Source of the DNA: a bacterium
GTDB lineage: Bacteria; Actinomycetota; Acidimicrobiia; Spongiisociales; Spongiisociaceae
DNA: 64,000 nucleotides
Assembly (NCBI GenBank): GCA_028821265.1
Contig: JAPPGU010000036.1
Coordinates: forward strand, 78,681-142,680
Direction: 5' to 3'
Both the position numbers and the translations under genes were made by a program. The notes beneath the pieces are model-generated. The model did not search any database. It saw only the letters and a list, made by a program, of their open reading frames with translations, and was not told where the DNA came from. Below, piece after piece: positions 48,852 through 61,056 of this stretch (its first letter is position 1; each line of letters opens with the position of its first letter).

Positions 48852-49486
48852 AGAAAGGGATTGGAACGCCGCTCGCGGCCGATCGTGGTCGAGGGACCAT
48901 GGCCCGGCATGACGGTTACCCCGTCGTCGAGGGGGATCACTTTCTCCCTCATGCTCTTCATGAGGGTCTGGTAATCCCCGCCGGGGAGGTCGGTTCGGCC
49001 GATCGAGCCGGCGAACAGCTGGTCGCCCGAGAAGAGTATCGCCTCTTCGGACAGATAGAAACAACAGTGCCCGGGAGTATGTCCGGGCGTAGCCACTACG
49101 TCGAGCCGGAGTCCGGCCAGATCGAGAGACAGGCCGTCGGAGAGCTCCCGATAGCTCTCGGGCGACCGGTAGTCCCCCGGCGGAACGGTCCCCATCAAGG
49201 TGCGGAGCTGCTCCTCCGGACGACGGGCCAGGAAGTCATCATCAGGGTGGAGGTAGACGGAGACCCCGGTTCCGGCCACGAAGCTACCGGCGCCTCCCAG
49301 GTGATCGACATGGCCATGGGTGACCAGTAGGGCCGTCGGGACCAGGTCATGCGCCGCCAGCAGACCGGCGACGGGGTCGAGGCAGTCCGGTGGAGCATCG
49401 ATGACGACAGCCGGCCCGCCGGTCTCGGGGGCGACCACGTAGGTGTTGGTGGCGGCCAGCCACAACTCGAGTCGACGGATGAGCAT
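48839..49486 (-). CDS. MBL-fold metallo-hydrolase (glyoxalase II-like)
   Basis: THGHVDH, TPGHTPG, SGDQLFAGSIGRTD, PGHG, NPFL; usual position upstream of hisS. Confidence 0.93.
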   Translation of the reverse strand: MLIRRLELWLAATNTYVVAPETGGPAVVIDAPPDCLDPVAGLLAAHDLVPTALLVTHGHVDHLGGAGSFVAGTGVSVYLHPDDDFLARRPEEQLRTLMGTVPPGDYRSPESYRELSDGLSLDLAGLRLDVVATPGHTPGHCCFYLSEEAILFSGDQLFAGSIGRTDLPGGDYQTLMKSMREKVIPLDDGVTVMPGHGPSTTIGRERRSNPFLGGY

Positions 49487-49539
49487 ACGGCGGCCAGGTT
49501 AGAGTCGACGGATGGCGCCCCACCGGGCGCTTGCTGGCA

Positions 49540-51732
49540 TCAACCCGGCCGCAGGCGGAAGGCTTCGTAGACGCTGGCAACCCGGCGCACGCCTGCCAGC
49601 AACCGGTCCAACTGGCCGGGATCCGATAGCTCCACCTCGTATCGGAGGACCGCGACCCGGTCGCGGTCGGTCCGCGAGGACGCCCCCACGATGTTGGCGC
49701 CCGCATCCGATATGACCGAGGTGATGTCCCGAAGCAGGTTGGGCCGGTCGAGAGCCTCCACCTGTATCCACGCACTGAAGCTGCTGAGCTGGCCCGGCGC
49801 CCAACTCGCCTCGATCATGCGCTCCTCCTGGCCGGCCAGGCGCTGCATATTGCTGCATTCGGTGCGATGGATCGACACTCCTCGACCGACTGTGACGAAC
49901 CCCACCAGATCATCGCCGGGTACCGGACTGCAGCACCGGGCGATCCGGACCCAGACGTCATCGAATCCCTCCACTATGACACCCTCGCCGGCCGGTCGGT
50001 CCGTCCTCCGCCGCACCGGGTCTAACGTCCCGAGATCCTCCCCCACCACCGGAGTCGAGAGCACCCGCTTGATCCGGCTGACGACCGTCTGCGGGGCTAC
50101 CGCACCGTCCCCGACCGCTATGTACATCGTCTCCGTGTCGCGGTAGCCGAGCGTGAGGGCCACGTCGTGAAGCACCCTGGTCCGCTCGTTCTTGATGATG
50201 TGGACCCGGTCCCGCCTGATCAGGTCCTGGACGGCGTCCCGTCCCGACTGGAGGGACTCCTTGCGGCGAGCCCGTGAGAACCACTGCTTGATCTTGGAGC
50301 GGGCCTTGGAGGTGCGGACGAAGCCGAGCCAGTCCCTGGTGGGTCCGGAGTCGTCGGACTTGGTGGTGATGATCTCCACGATGTCGCCCGATTGGAGCTC
50401 GGTGGCCAGGGTCACCAGCCGTCCGTTCACCTTGGCTCCCACGCACCGGTGGCCCACCTCGGTGTGGACCGAGTAGGCGAAGTCCACAGGAGTGGCGCCG
50501 CGCGGCAGGGTCTTCACGTCCCCCTGCGGGGTGAGCACGAACACCAGGTCCTCGTACAGGTCGAGCTTGAGGTTGGCCAGGAACTCGGCCGGGTCCTCGT
50601 AGTCGGCCGGCAGGTTGCGGAGATCCACCATCCACGCCAGGTCGGTGCTCGTCCCGCCTTCCTTGTATCTCCAGTGGGCGGCGATGCCGAACTCCGCGCG
50701 CAGATCCATCTCGTGAGTGCGGATCTGAACCTCCAGCGGCTTGCCGTCGGGACCGATCACGGTGGTGTGCAGGCTCTGGTAGAGATTGAACTTGGGAAGG
50801 GCTATATAGTCCTTGAACCGCCCCTGGACCGGAGTCCACCGGGAGTGGACCAGCCCCAGCGCGCCGTAGCAGTCCTTGACTATCTCCACCAGGATCCGGA
50901 TACCGATCAGGTCGTGGATGTCCTCGAACGACAACCTGCTGTCGACCATCTTGCGGTAGATGGAATAGTGGTGCTTCGGGCGTCCCTTGAGCACCGCGTC
51001 TATCCCGGCTCGGGCCAGTATCTCACTCGCCTCCGACATGACCTGGCGGATCACGGCCTCCCGCTCGGGCGCCCGCTGCCGGATGAGGTCCTCGATCTCC
51101 TGGTAGCGGCCCGGGTACAGGATCTCGAAGCAGAGGTTTTCCATCTCATGCTTGACCTCCTGGAAGCCCATCCGATGAGCCAGCGGCGCGTAGATCTCCA
51201 GACTCTCCCGCGCCTTGATTTGCTGGCGCTCCACCGGCAGCGGATGGATGGTCCTGAGGTTGTGGAGCCGGTCGGCGAGCTTGATGATCAGCACGCGCAC
51301 ATCCTGAGCCATGGATACCACCATCTTGCGGATGGTCTCTGCCTGGGCCTCCTCCCGCGTGATGTCGAACTCCACTCCGTCCAGCTTGGTGACCCCGTCG
51401 GTTATGCGGGCCACGTTCTCACCGAACAGGTCCTCGACTTCGCGGAGGGTCAGGTCGGTGTCCTCCACGGTGTCGTGGAGCAGTCCGGCGGCGATCGTCT
51501 CGGCATCGAGCCCGTACTCGGCCAGGATCTGGGCGACCGCGATGGGATGAGTGATGTAGGGGTCGCCGGACAGCCGGAACTGGCCGGCGTGGCGGCTCTG
51601 AGCCAGGTCGTAGGCATGGATGATGATGTCGTCGTCGGCATCCGGGAAGTGGCGTCGAAGGGCAGCGAGGATCGGTTCCAGCTCGGCTTGGGCGGCATCG
51701 TGGCGACCGCGCGCTACCGCTAGGTCTGTCAT
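49540..51732 (-). CDS. relA: Bifunctional (p)ppGpp synthetase/hydrolase Rel
   Basis: LLHDTVEDT hydrolase, YQSLHT and EVQIRT synthetase, TGS (TPVDFAYSVHT), CC and ACT domains. Confidence 0.97.
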   Translation of the reverse strand: MTDLAVARGRHDAAQAELEPILAALRRHFPDADDDIIIHAYDLAQSRHAGQFRLSGDPYITHPIAVAQILAEYGLDAETIAAGLLHDTVEDTDLTLREVEDLFGENVARITDGVTKLDGVEFDITREEAQAETIRKMVVSMAQDVRVLIIKLADRLHNLRTIHPLPVERQQIKARESLEIYAPLAHRMGFQEVKHEMENLCFEILYPGRYQEIEDLIRQRAPEREAVIRQVMSEASEILARAGIDAVLKGRPKHHYSIYRKMVDSRLSFEDIHDLIGIRILVEIVKDCYGALGLVHSRWTPVQGRFKDYIALPKFNLYQSLHTTVIGPDGKPLEVQIRTHEMDLRAEFGIAAHWRYKEGGTSTDLAWMVDLRNLPADYEDPAEFLANLKLDLYEDLVFVLTPQGDVKTLPRGATPVDFAYSVHTEVGHRCVGAKVNGRLVTLATELQSGDIVEIITTKSDDSGPTRDWLGFVRTSKARSKIKQWFSRARRKESLQSGRDAVQDLIRRDRVHIIKNERTRVLHDVALTLGYRDTETMYIAVGDGAVAPQTVVSRIKRVLSTPVVGEDLGTLDPVRRRTDRPAGEGVIVEGFDDVWVRIARCCSPVPGDDLVGFVTVGRGVSIHRTECSNMQRLAGQEERMIEASWAPGQLSSFSAWIQVEALDRPNLLRDITSVISDAGANIVGASSRTDRDRVAVLRYEVELSDPGQLDRLLAGVRRVASVYEAFRLRPG

Positions 51733-51735
51733 GGC

Positions 51736-52263
51736 TCAGCTGTCATAGGTCAGGATCGAATACAGATCGACTCCGTCCAGTGTTTCCCTTCCACCCAGAA
51801 AGGTCAGCTCGATGAGTACCCCCATACCGACCAACTCCGCATCCAGACCACGGATCAGGTTGGTGCCCGCCCGGGCCGTGCCGCCGGTGGCTATCACGTC
51901 GTCCACCAGCAACACCCGATCGTCCGGGCCGACGCCATCGACATGAACCTCCAGCGCATCCAGCCCGTACTCGAGCTGGTACTCCTCCTTGCGGGTGTGG
52001 TAGGGCAACTTTCCCGGCTTCCGCAAGGGCACGAACCCGCAACCGAGGACGAGCGCCACAACCGGCGCCAGCACGAAACCCCGGGCCTCGATCCCCGCCA
52101 CCATGGTCACGCCTGAGTCCTCGAACGGAGCCGCGATCAACCTTGTGGCCAACCGGAGGGCGTCGGGATCGGCCAGGAGCGGTGTGATGTCCTTGAACGT
52201 CACCTCCGGAACCGGGAAGCCGGGGACGTCACGGACCAGCGTGCTCAACCGACCGACATCCAT
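51736..52263 (-). CDS. apt: Adenine phosphoribosyltransferase
   Basis: FKDITPLL, GIEARGF, RKPGKLP, LEYG, VDDVIATGGT; ATG 52263 is 7 nt after TAGGAT. Confidence 0.96.
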   Translation of the reverse strand: MDVGRLSTLVRDVPGFPVPEVTFKDITPLLADPDALRLATRLIAAPFEDSGVTMVAGIEARGFVLAPVVALVLGCGFVPLRKPGKLPYHTRKEEYQLEYGLDALEVHVDGVGPDDRVLLVDDVIATGGTARAGTNLIRGLDAELVGMGVLIELTFLGGRETLDGVDLYSILTYDS

Positions 52264-52321
52264 CACCGTCATCCTAGGAGGGTGGTCGGATAGAGCCGGG
52301 CGGGAGGGACGCGGGTCTCAT

Positions 52322-53332
52322 CTACTTCTGCCTTCGAGCGGTCTGCTGGCCTCTGGAACTGAGACGGTGACCGGCGGGTCTCGAGCCACCGGCCTTGCGT
52401 TCCGACCGGTAGCGGCGCCTCGACCACTCCGTCTCGCGTTCCTTCCACAGGGCGAGCAGCGGCGCGGCCACGAATATCGACGAGTAGGTACCGGCAGCGA
52501 TCCCTACGAACAGCGCCAGCGCGAAGTCGCGGAGCGTGCCGGCTCCCAGCAGCAACGAGCCGATGAACAGCAGGGAACCAACCGGGAGCAGGCTGGTGAG
52601 CGAGGTGTTGATGGATCGCATCAACACCTGGTTCATGGACCGGTTCACCAGGTCGGTGTAGGTACGCCGGTCCCGGTCGGACTCCACGTTCTCCTTGATC
52701 TTGTCGTAGACGACCACGGTGTCGTAGAGGGAGTACCCGAGGATCGTGAGCACCGCCACCACCGTGGCCGGGGTGACCTCGAAGCCCAGCAGCGAATACG
52801 CCCCCGCCGTCAGGATCAGGTCGTGCAACAGGGCCGCTATGGCGCCGATCGCCATCTTCCACTCGAACCGGATGCTGATGAAGACCACCACCACGCCCAG
52901 GAACACCAGCAACGCCTGCATCGCCCGCCCGGCGATCTGGCGCCCGAACGTGGGGCCCACCGACTCCACGTCGGTCACTTCGATCGTGGTCCCGGCCACC
53001 TCTACGAGTGACACCACCATCGAGCGCTCGGTGTCGAGGTCGACCGCTTCGGTCTGGATCCGGATCGAAGTGCCGTCGTCCACCAGCTGCACGCGGGCCG
53101 CGGCGCCCATCGATCCCAAGGCCGAGCGGATCTCACCGATACCCGCGCCGGCCGGGTTGGGCATGCTGATGGAGGTACCACCGGTGAAGTCCAGGCTGAG
53201 GTTGAGGTTGCGGATGCCCAGGCTCAGCAGGCAGAGCGCGATCGCGACGCCCGAGACGATGAACCACCGGCGGGCCTGGCCGACGAAGTCGATCGAGGTC
53301 TCGGCCCGGTAGAGACGGCCGATCGCGCTCAT
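52322..53332 (-). CDS. secF: Protein translocase subunit SecF
   Basis: LDFTGGT, VGPTFG, GYSLYDTVVVYDKIKEN, RSINTS, GTYSSIF; start ATG 53332. Confidence 0.96.
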   Translation of the reverse strand: MSAIGRLYRAETSIDFVGQARRWFIVSGVAIALCLLSLGIRNLNLSLDFTGGTSISMPNPAGAGIGEIRSALGSMGAAARVQLVDDGTSIRIQTEAVDLDTERSMVVSLVEVAGTTIEVTDVESVGPTFGRQIAGRAMQALLVFLGVVVVFISIRFEWKMAIGAIAALLHDLILTAGAYSLLGFEVTPATVVAVLTILGYSLYDTVVVYDKIKENVESDRDRRTYTDLVNRSMNQVLMRSINTSLTSLLPVGSLLFIGSLLLGAGTLRDFALALFVGIAAGTYSSIFVAAPLLALWKERETEWSRRRYRSERKAGGSRPAGHRLSSRGQQTARRQK

Positions 53333-54858
53333 CGCGAGGCCCCCTGGGGCAGCTGCTGTCCGGTCGTGCCCCGGATGCTGAAGAACCCGCCGTCGCCGAG
53401 CCGGCTCCGGGCCATGATCGCCGACGCGTTGCGCGTGAACACTACGAACACGATCACGTCGAGCACCGTGGCGATGCCCAGTGCCTGGGCGAAGCCCTTG
53501 ACCGGACCGATCGCCAGCGCCCACAAGAGCACCGCGCCGACGAACGACACGAAGTCGGCGGTGAGGATGGTCCGGAAGGCCCGCCGGTAGGCCTCCCTAT
53601 TGGCGTCGACGACAGTCCGGCCGTTGCGGATCTCCTCTTTGGTCCGCTCGAACAGGACGATGTAAGAGTCGGTGGTGATCCCGATCGACACGATCACCCC
53701 GGCCACCCCGGAAAGGGTCAGGGTAAGGCCCTGCCAGGCTCCGAGCACCCCGAAGATGACGATCAGCAGGCTGCCGAACACGGTCAACCCCAGCAGGGTC
53801 ACCAATCCGAGGGAGCGGTAGTAGACCATCAGGAAGAACACCACCAGCACCAAGGCCCCCACGCCCGCGATCAGTCCCGCTCGTAGGGAGTCCTCGCCGA
53901 GGGTTGCCGAGACCTTCTGGACCGCTGATCGCTCGAAGGCCACCGGCAACGACCCGTACCGCAAAACGGTGGTCAGATCCTCGGCTTCCTCCTGTTGGTC
54001 CTCCGACGCGCCCAGGGTTATGACCGCGGTACCCCCGCTGATTCCGTCCGGACCGACGCCGGCCGAGATCTCCGGCGCCGAAACAACCGCTCCGTCCAGC
54101 ACTATCGCCAACCGGCGGTTGGGGGTTCCCATGGGATACTGGGCGAGCAGCCCGGTGACCGCCGCGAACCGGCCGGCGCCCTCCCCGGTCATGTTGAGCT
54201 GCACCGTCCATGCGCTATCGGCATACTGCCCGAAGAGGGCTAGGGCCGAAGCCACCTCCGCGCCGGTCAGGAGGCTCGGCACGGTGGGCAATCGGGAACA
54301 GTCCAGCCCGTGGTTACAGATGCCCTGGCGATGGGCGGCGATGTCCGCCGGGCCCACCTCGTAGACCGCGGCGATGTTCCCCAGGTCGTCGTACTCGGGC
54401 AGGAACGATCTGTCCGCGTTGATGTCGTCTTCGACGGTGAGCCCGGTCTCGGGGTCGACGCCGTCGGGGAACACGAAGCCTTCACCCTGCTCCCCCGCCC
54501 CCAGATACGGTGAGATGGACAGGACCGGCCGGAAGGACAGCAGCCCGGTTCTCCCCACCGCGTTCAGCGCCCGCTCCTGATCGGTCACGCCGGGCAACTG
54601 GACCAGTATCGAAGTTCCTCCGGTGATGGAGATCTCCGGCTCCTGGACGCTCCCGAAGTCCTCGATCCGCCGCCTCATGACCTCGACCGCGGTCTCGATC
54701 ACTCTCTCGTCGGTGCCTTCCGGCCCCTCCAGGATGACCGAGGTTCCGCCCTGCAGGTCAAGGCCCAGCCGGGGGGTCCAGCCGAGAGCGAAGATCGCAA
54801 CCAGCCCACCCCAGGCGAGACCAGCCAGGATGACGACCGCGAGCCAGCGGCGAAACAC
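53329..54858 (-). CDS. secD: Protein translocase subunit SecD
   Basis: LGLDLQGG, AIVLDG, LRYGSLP, GITTDSYIVLFER, VKGFA. Confidence 0.96.
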   Translation of the reverse strand: MFRRWLAVVILAGLAWGGLVAIFALGWTPRLGLDLQGGTSVILEGPEGTDERVIETAVEVMRRRIEDFGSVQEPEISITGGTSILVQLPGVTDQERALNAVGRTGLLSFRPVLSISPYLGAGEQGEGFVFPDGVDPETGLTVEDDINADRSFLPEYDDLGNIAAVYEVGPADIAAHRQGICNHGLDCSRLPTVPSLLTGAEVASALALFGQYADSAWTVQLNMTGEGAGRFAAVTGLLAQYPMGTPNRRLAIVLDGAVVSAPEISAGVGPDGISGGTAVITLGASEDQQEEAEDLTTVLRYGSLPVAFERSAVQKVSATLGEDSLRAGLIAGVGALVLVVFFLMVYYRSLGLVTLLGLTVFGSLLIVIFGVLGAWQGLTLTLSGVAGVIVSIGITTDSYIVLFERTKEEIRNGRTVVDANREAYRRAFRTILTADFVSFVGAVLLWALAIGPVKGFAQALGIATVLDVIVFVVFTRNASAIMARSRLGDGGFFSIRGTTGQQLPQGASR

Positions 54859-54873
54859 GGGAGAGTTCTACTC

Positions 54874-55173
54874 CTAGGAGGAGTCGGCGTTCATGCGGGA
54901 TGCCACGGCGCTGCGCAGCACCCTGATGCGCCCTTCCTCGATGCCGAGGGTCACCCAGTCGTCGCCCAACCCGACGATCACTCCCATCAGGCCACCGATG
55001 GTGCGAACCTGATCGCCGACCTCCAGGGCGGCCGACAGAGCTTGCTGCTTCCGGGTCCGCTTGCGCTGCGGCCGGATGATGAGGAAGTACATGAGCGCGC
55101 CGAGAAGCAGCAGCGGCCAGAGGACGCTTAGACCGCCACCGCCGGCTGTCTGGGCAATGTACGCAACGGACAC
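54874..55173 (-). CDS. yajC: Preprotein translocase subunit YajC
   Basis: YFLIIRPQRKR, GDQVRTIGG; between tgt and secD. Confidence 0.93.
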   Translation of the reverse strand: MSVAYIAQTAGGGGLSVLWPLLLLGALMYFLIIRPQRKRTRKQQALSAALEVGDQVRTIGGLMGVIVGLGDDWVTLGIEEGRIRVLRSAVASRMNADSS

Positions 55174-55282
55174 GTTTTCACACCTCTTTCGGATCGGTAT
55201 TGCTTTGACCGGCTCGGATACGTACCCACCTGTAGGAGGGTGGGTCGATGGTAGCGGTCATGGCGAGGAGGGGAAGTTGAGG

Positions 55283-57444
<2,162 letters not shown>

Positions 57445-57693
57445 CGGATCAACCTGGTGGTGGGCCGGTGGTGAGGGCTCGGTGGGCAAGGGATAGTCTG
57501 GCAGGGGAACCCGGACCGTCGGAGGCGCCTCGCGATATCCGAGCCACCTCCGCCCCGTCTGTCGCTAATGGAACGATGGTAGAAAGGTTAACTAATACTA
57601 AAATAGTAAATCATTGAACTGGTCGTAGGCGATCGTAGTCTTGACCGAAGCGCCGAGATCAAATCGTATGCGCGGTACCGGAGTAGTGACCTA

Positions 57694-59952
57694 TTACTGC
57701 TCGGCAAGGGCTGCTTCGAGGATCTTGGCCTTGTCTAGTGTGCCTTGTTCGCCGACAGTGACAGTGACCTTGTCTATGTCGCCGGTAAAGGCGAAAGGCG
57801 CCTCGTAGTCCGGGCAGACGGACAGCCCCCTGTCCAAGCCGCAGTTCAGGCTGCCGTGGGCGGGGAAAACCCAGGGAATCGTCATGCCGATGCGGCCCCC
57901 CACGGGCTCGGCGTCCCCGACGACCAACTCTACGTCGCCGCGATGGTCCGCTTCTTTGCTGTAGGTCACCGAGACCCTGATCGGGCCGTCACCTGCCGGT
58001 AGTGGAGCGGTCACCCGGTACTCCCGGATGCCGCACAGGTTGTAGACGAACCGGATCTCCCCGTCCTTGGCGAACAGGGTGTAGCCGCCGAAGCGGTTGC
58101 CGTGGGCGAAGATGACGCCCTCGGTCACGCCGGACGGGTTCGGGGCAATGGTTGTGGAGATGTGGAAGTCCCGGTTCAGTGTGTTGACCGCTCCCCGGGC
58201 GAAGACGGGTTGGGAGTTCGGCAGGTACTCGTAGGTATCCCGGTGGGGCCCGATAGAGGGACGGGGGTCGGGCCAACGTTCGTGGCCGCGGTCGTCGATG
58301 GGGAGAACGTTGTATCGGCCCGCCTCCACCCACCAGCGATCGACCAGGTCGTGGACGATTTCGGGATACGTGTCGGAGAGGTCACTGGTCTCGTTGGGGT
58401 CGTCCTCCATGTTGTAGAGGAACCAGCGGTCCTGGTCGAAGTTGCCCCGGCTGCTCATGGGCGCGTGGTCGGCGACCGCCTTCCAGCCGTCGTAGTAGAT
58501 GGCGCGATGGCCCAGCATCTCGTAGTACTGCACGAGCTTGCGGGACTCGGTCTCGGGCTCCAGCACGCTGTACCACATGCTCACCCCTTCGATCTCGGAC
58601 TGGTGCACGCCGCCGATGATCGAGGGAGGGTCGATGTCCAGGGCCTCCAGGATGGTGGGCATGACGTCGGTCACATGGTGGTACTGGCGCCGTATCTCGC
58701 CGGCGCCCCGGATCCCCTTCGGCCACCGGATGATGAACGGGTCGGCGATCCCGCCCTGCCACACCGAGCGCTTCCACTCCCGGAACGGTGTGTTGCCGGC
58801 CATCGACCAACCACGCGGATAGTGGTTCATGTAGCCGGGCCCGCCGATCCGGTCGATGTGTTCCAGCAGTTCGGAGAACTCCGGGAACAGGGCGTTGTAC
58901 ATGGCGTACTCGTTGACGATCCCGTGCTCCTGGCCCTCCAGGCTGGCGCCGTTGTCGGAAAGGAACACGATCATCGTGTCGTCCAGGCGGCCGATCCGGC
59001 GCAGGAACTCCACCACCCGCCCGATCTGCCGGTCGGTGTGGGTGATGAAGCCGGCGTACACCTCCTGCATGCGGGTGTACAGGCGTTTGTGGTCGTCCGA
59101 CAGGGTGTCCCAGGCCGCCACTCCCCAGTTTCGCTCCGGGAGTTCCACCGATTCCGCCATCAGCCCCAGCTCCTTCTGGCGGTCCAGCACGCGCTGCCGT
59201 TCCACGTCCCAGCCCTCGTCGAAGACACCCCGGTAGGCGTCGGCGTACTCCGCCGGTACGTGGTGGGGCGAGTGACCGGCCCCGTAGGCCAGGTACAGGA
59301 AGAACGGCTTGGCGGGATTGGCCGAGTGGGCGCCCGCCAGGTAGTCGATGGCCCGGTCGGTCAGGTCGACGCTCAGGTGGTAACCGTTTCCGCCGGGACG
59401 GTCGACGAACTGGTTGTCCTGGGCCAGGGCGCCCGGGTGCCAGTGGTCGATCATTCCCATCAGGAAGCCGTAGAACCGTTCGAAACCCCGACCCAGTGGC
59501 CAGCGGTCGAACGGTCCCACAGCGGTCTGCTCGTAGTCCGGGGTCAGGTGCCACTTGCCCACAGCGAAGGTGTTGTAGCCGCGGTCCCGCAGCACCTCCG
59601 ACAGCATGCCGTGCTCGGCGGGCATCACCGCGTTGTGGCCCGGATAGCCCATCGCCAGCTGCGGGATGCTGGCCATGCCGGAGCTGTGATGGTTCCGCCC
59701 GGTCAACAGCGCCGCCCGGGTCGGTGAGCAAAGGGCGGTGGTGTGGAAGGCCGAGTAACGGATCCCGTCGGCCGCCAGCGCGTCGATGTTGGGTGTGCGG
59801 ATCGACGACCCGTAGCACCCGATCTGTCCGAAGCCGACGTCGTCCAGGAGGATCACCACCACGTTGGTCCGGCCGTCGGCAACGGGCGAGGATTGCGGCC
59901 AGCGAACCTCGGACTCTTCTCTCGTCTTTCCGACTCTCTGAGGACCGCCCAT
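57694..59952 (-). CDS. Arylsulfatase (Cys-type, formylglycine-dependent, long AtsA/AtsD-like form)
   Basis: LLDDVGFG, CSPTRAALLTGR, VGKWHL, SDNGAS, C-terminal beta domain; no signal peptide seen; GGAG upstream of ATG 59952. Confidence 0.94.
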   Translation of the reverse strand: MGGPQRVGKTREESEVRWPQSSPVADGRTNVVVILLDDVGFGQIGCYGSSIRTPNIDALAADGIRYSAFHTTALCSPTRAALLTGRNHHSSGMASIPQLAMGYPGHNAVMPAEHGMLSEVLRDRGYNTFAVGKWHLTPDYEQTAVGPFDRWPLGRGFERFYGFLMGMIDHWHPGALAQDNQFVDRPGGNGYHLSVDLTDRAIDYLAGAHSANPAKPFFLYLAYGAGHSPHHVPAEYADAYRGVFDEGWDVERQRVLDRQKELGLMAESVELPERNWGVAAWDTLSDDHKRLYTRMQEVYAGFITHTDRQIGRVVEFLRRIGRLDDTMIVFLSDNGASLEGQEHGIVNEYAMYNALFPEFSELLEHIDRIGGPGYMNHYPRGWSMAGNTPFREWKRSVWQGGIADPFIIRWPKGIRGAGEIRRQYHHVTDVMPTILEALDIDPPSIIGGVHQSEIEGVSMWYSVLEPETESRKLVQYYEMLGHRAIYYDGWKAVADHAPMSSRGNFDQDRWFLYNMEDDPNETSDLSDTYPEIVHDLVDRWWVEAGRYNVLPIDDRGHERWPDPRPSIGPHRDTYEYLPNSQPVFARGAVNTLNRDFHISTTIAPNPSGVTEGVIFAHGNRFGGYTLFAKDGEIRFVYNLCGIREYRVTAPLPAGDGPIRVSVTYSKEADHRGDVELVVGDAEPVGGRIGMTIPWVFPAHGSLNCGLDRGLSVCPDYEAPFAFTGDIDKVTVTVGEQGTLDKAKILEAALAEQ

Positions 59953-59991
59953 CACCTGCTCCAATCAAGCCTCGCCGGGGTCGGGGGGCTC

Positions 59992-61056
59992 CTACCGGCC
60001 GTCCTGGGCTGCCGAGTCATCTTCGAGTATCCAGATGTGCTCCTTGGGCAACTCGACGAACACCTGGTCGCCCGTGTTGAGAGTGACGGACGGCGGGGCG
60101 TGGACCGTCCATGTGGTGTCCGCCAGCTGCACGAAGACCTGGGTATGGGTACCCATGTATATCGCCGAGGTCACCGTCGCCGGAAGGTTGTTCTCCCCGC
60201 CCGGCCGGTTCGACAGCTCCAGGGTCTCCGGCCGCGCCGTGACGACGACCGGCCCATCGCCGGTGGCGGCCACGTTGTGGCCCACTGCGAGGTCGCCCGC
60301 GCCTGTGCTGACCACGTCGCCGTGGCGAGTCCCAGGCAGGAAGTTCTGGCTGCGGAAGAAGCTGGCGATGCCGGCCGTGCGGGGATGGCGATAGAACTCG
60401 TCCGGCCTGCCGACCTGCTGCAGGGTCCCGTCGAACATCAGGGCGATCCGGTCGGCGAGCATGACCGCCTCCTCCTGGTCGTGTGTCACGAAGATGGCGG
60501 TGATTCCCAGGTCACGCTGGATCGAGCGGATCAGGTGGCGCATCGTGATACGCAGGTTGGCGTCGAGGTTGGCGAGCGGCTCGTCGAGTAACAGCACCTT
60601 GGGATGGGTGACCAGGCCTCTGGCCAGGGCCACCCGCTGCTGCTGGCCGCCGGATAGTTGGTGCGCCTTGCGCGTCCCGAAACCGGACAACTCTACGCGT
60701 TCCAGCATTTCCTCCACCCGCCGGTTGATCTCGCCCTTGCCCATGCCAGCCATCTTGAGGCCGAAACCGACGTTCTGGGCCACGGTCATGGTGGGGAACA
60801 GGAGATGCTGCTGGAAGATCAGCACCGCTTCGCGTCGTTCGGTAGCGACGTCCACCACCGACGAACCGTTGAACAGGACGTCCCCGGTGGTGGGGCGGGC
60901 CAGCCCGGTGATCATCCGCAGGGTGGTGGTCTTCCCGCAGCCGGAAGGACCGAGCAGGGCAACCATCTCCCCGGAGGCGATTTCCAGGTTCAGGTCCCTG
61001 ACCGCCCACTTGTTACCGAAGGCTCGCCCGAGATGGACGAGAGACACATCCGTCAT
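59992..61056 (-). CDS. ABC transporter ATP-binding protein (PotA-like with TOBE domain)
   Basis: GPSGCGKTT, LSGGQQQRVALAR, LLLDEP, VTHDQEEA. Confidence 0.95.
   Translation of the reverse strand: MTDVSLVHLGRAFGNKWAVRDLNLEIASGEMVALLGPSGCGKTTTLRMITGLARPTTGDVLFNGSSVVDVATERREAVLIFQQHLLFPTMTVAQNVGFGLKMAGMGKGEINRRVEEMLERVELSGFGTRKAHQLSGGQQQRVALARGLVTHPKVLLLDEPLANLDANLRITMRHLIRSIQRDLGITAIFVTHDQEEAVMLADRIALMFDGTLQQVGRPDEFYRHPRTAGIASFFRSQNFLPGTRHGDVVSTGAGDLAVGHNVAATGDGPVVVTARPETLELSNRPGGENNLPATVTSAIYMGTHTQVFVQLADTTWTVHAPPSVTLNTGDQVFVELPKEHIWILEDDSAAQDGR

Noticed and set aside
57445-57693. Possible preQ1 riboswitch upstream of queA
   Set aside because: No short stem plus A-rich tail matching the preQ1 pattern on the coding (minus) strand; the A-rich run is on the opposite strand.
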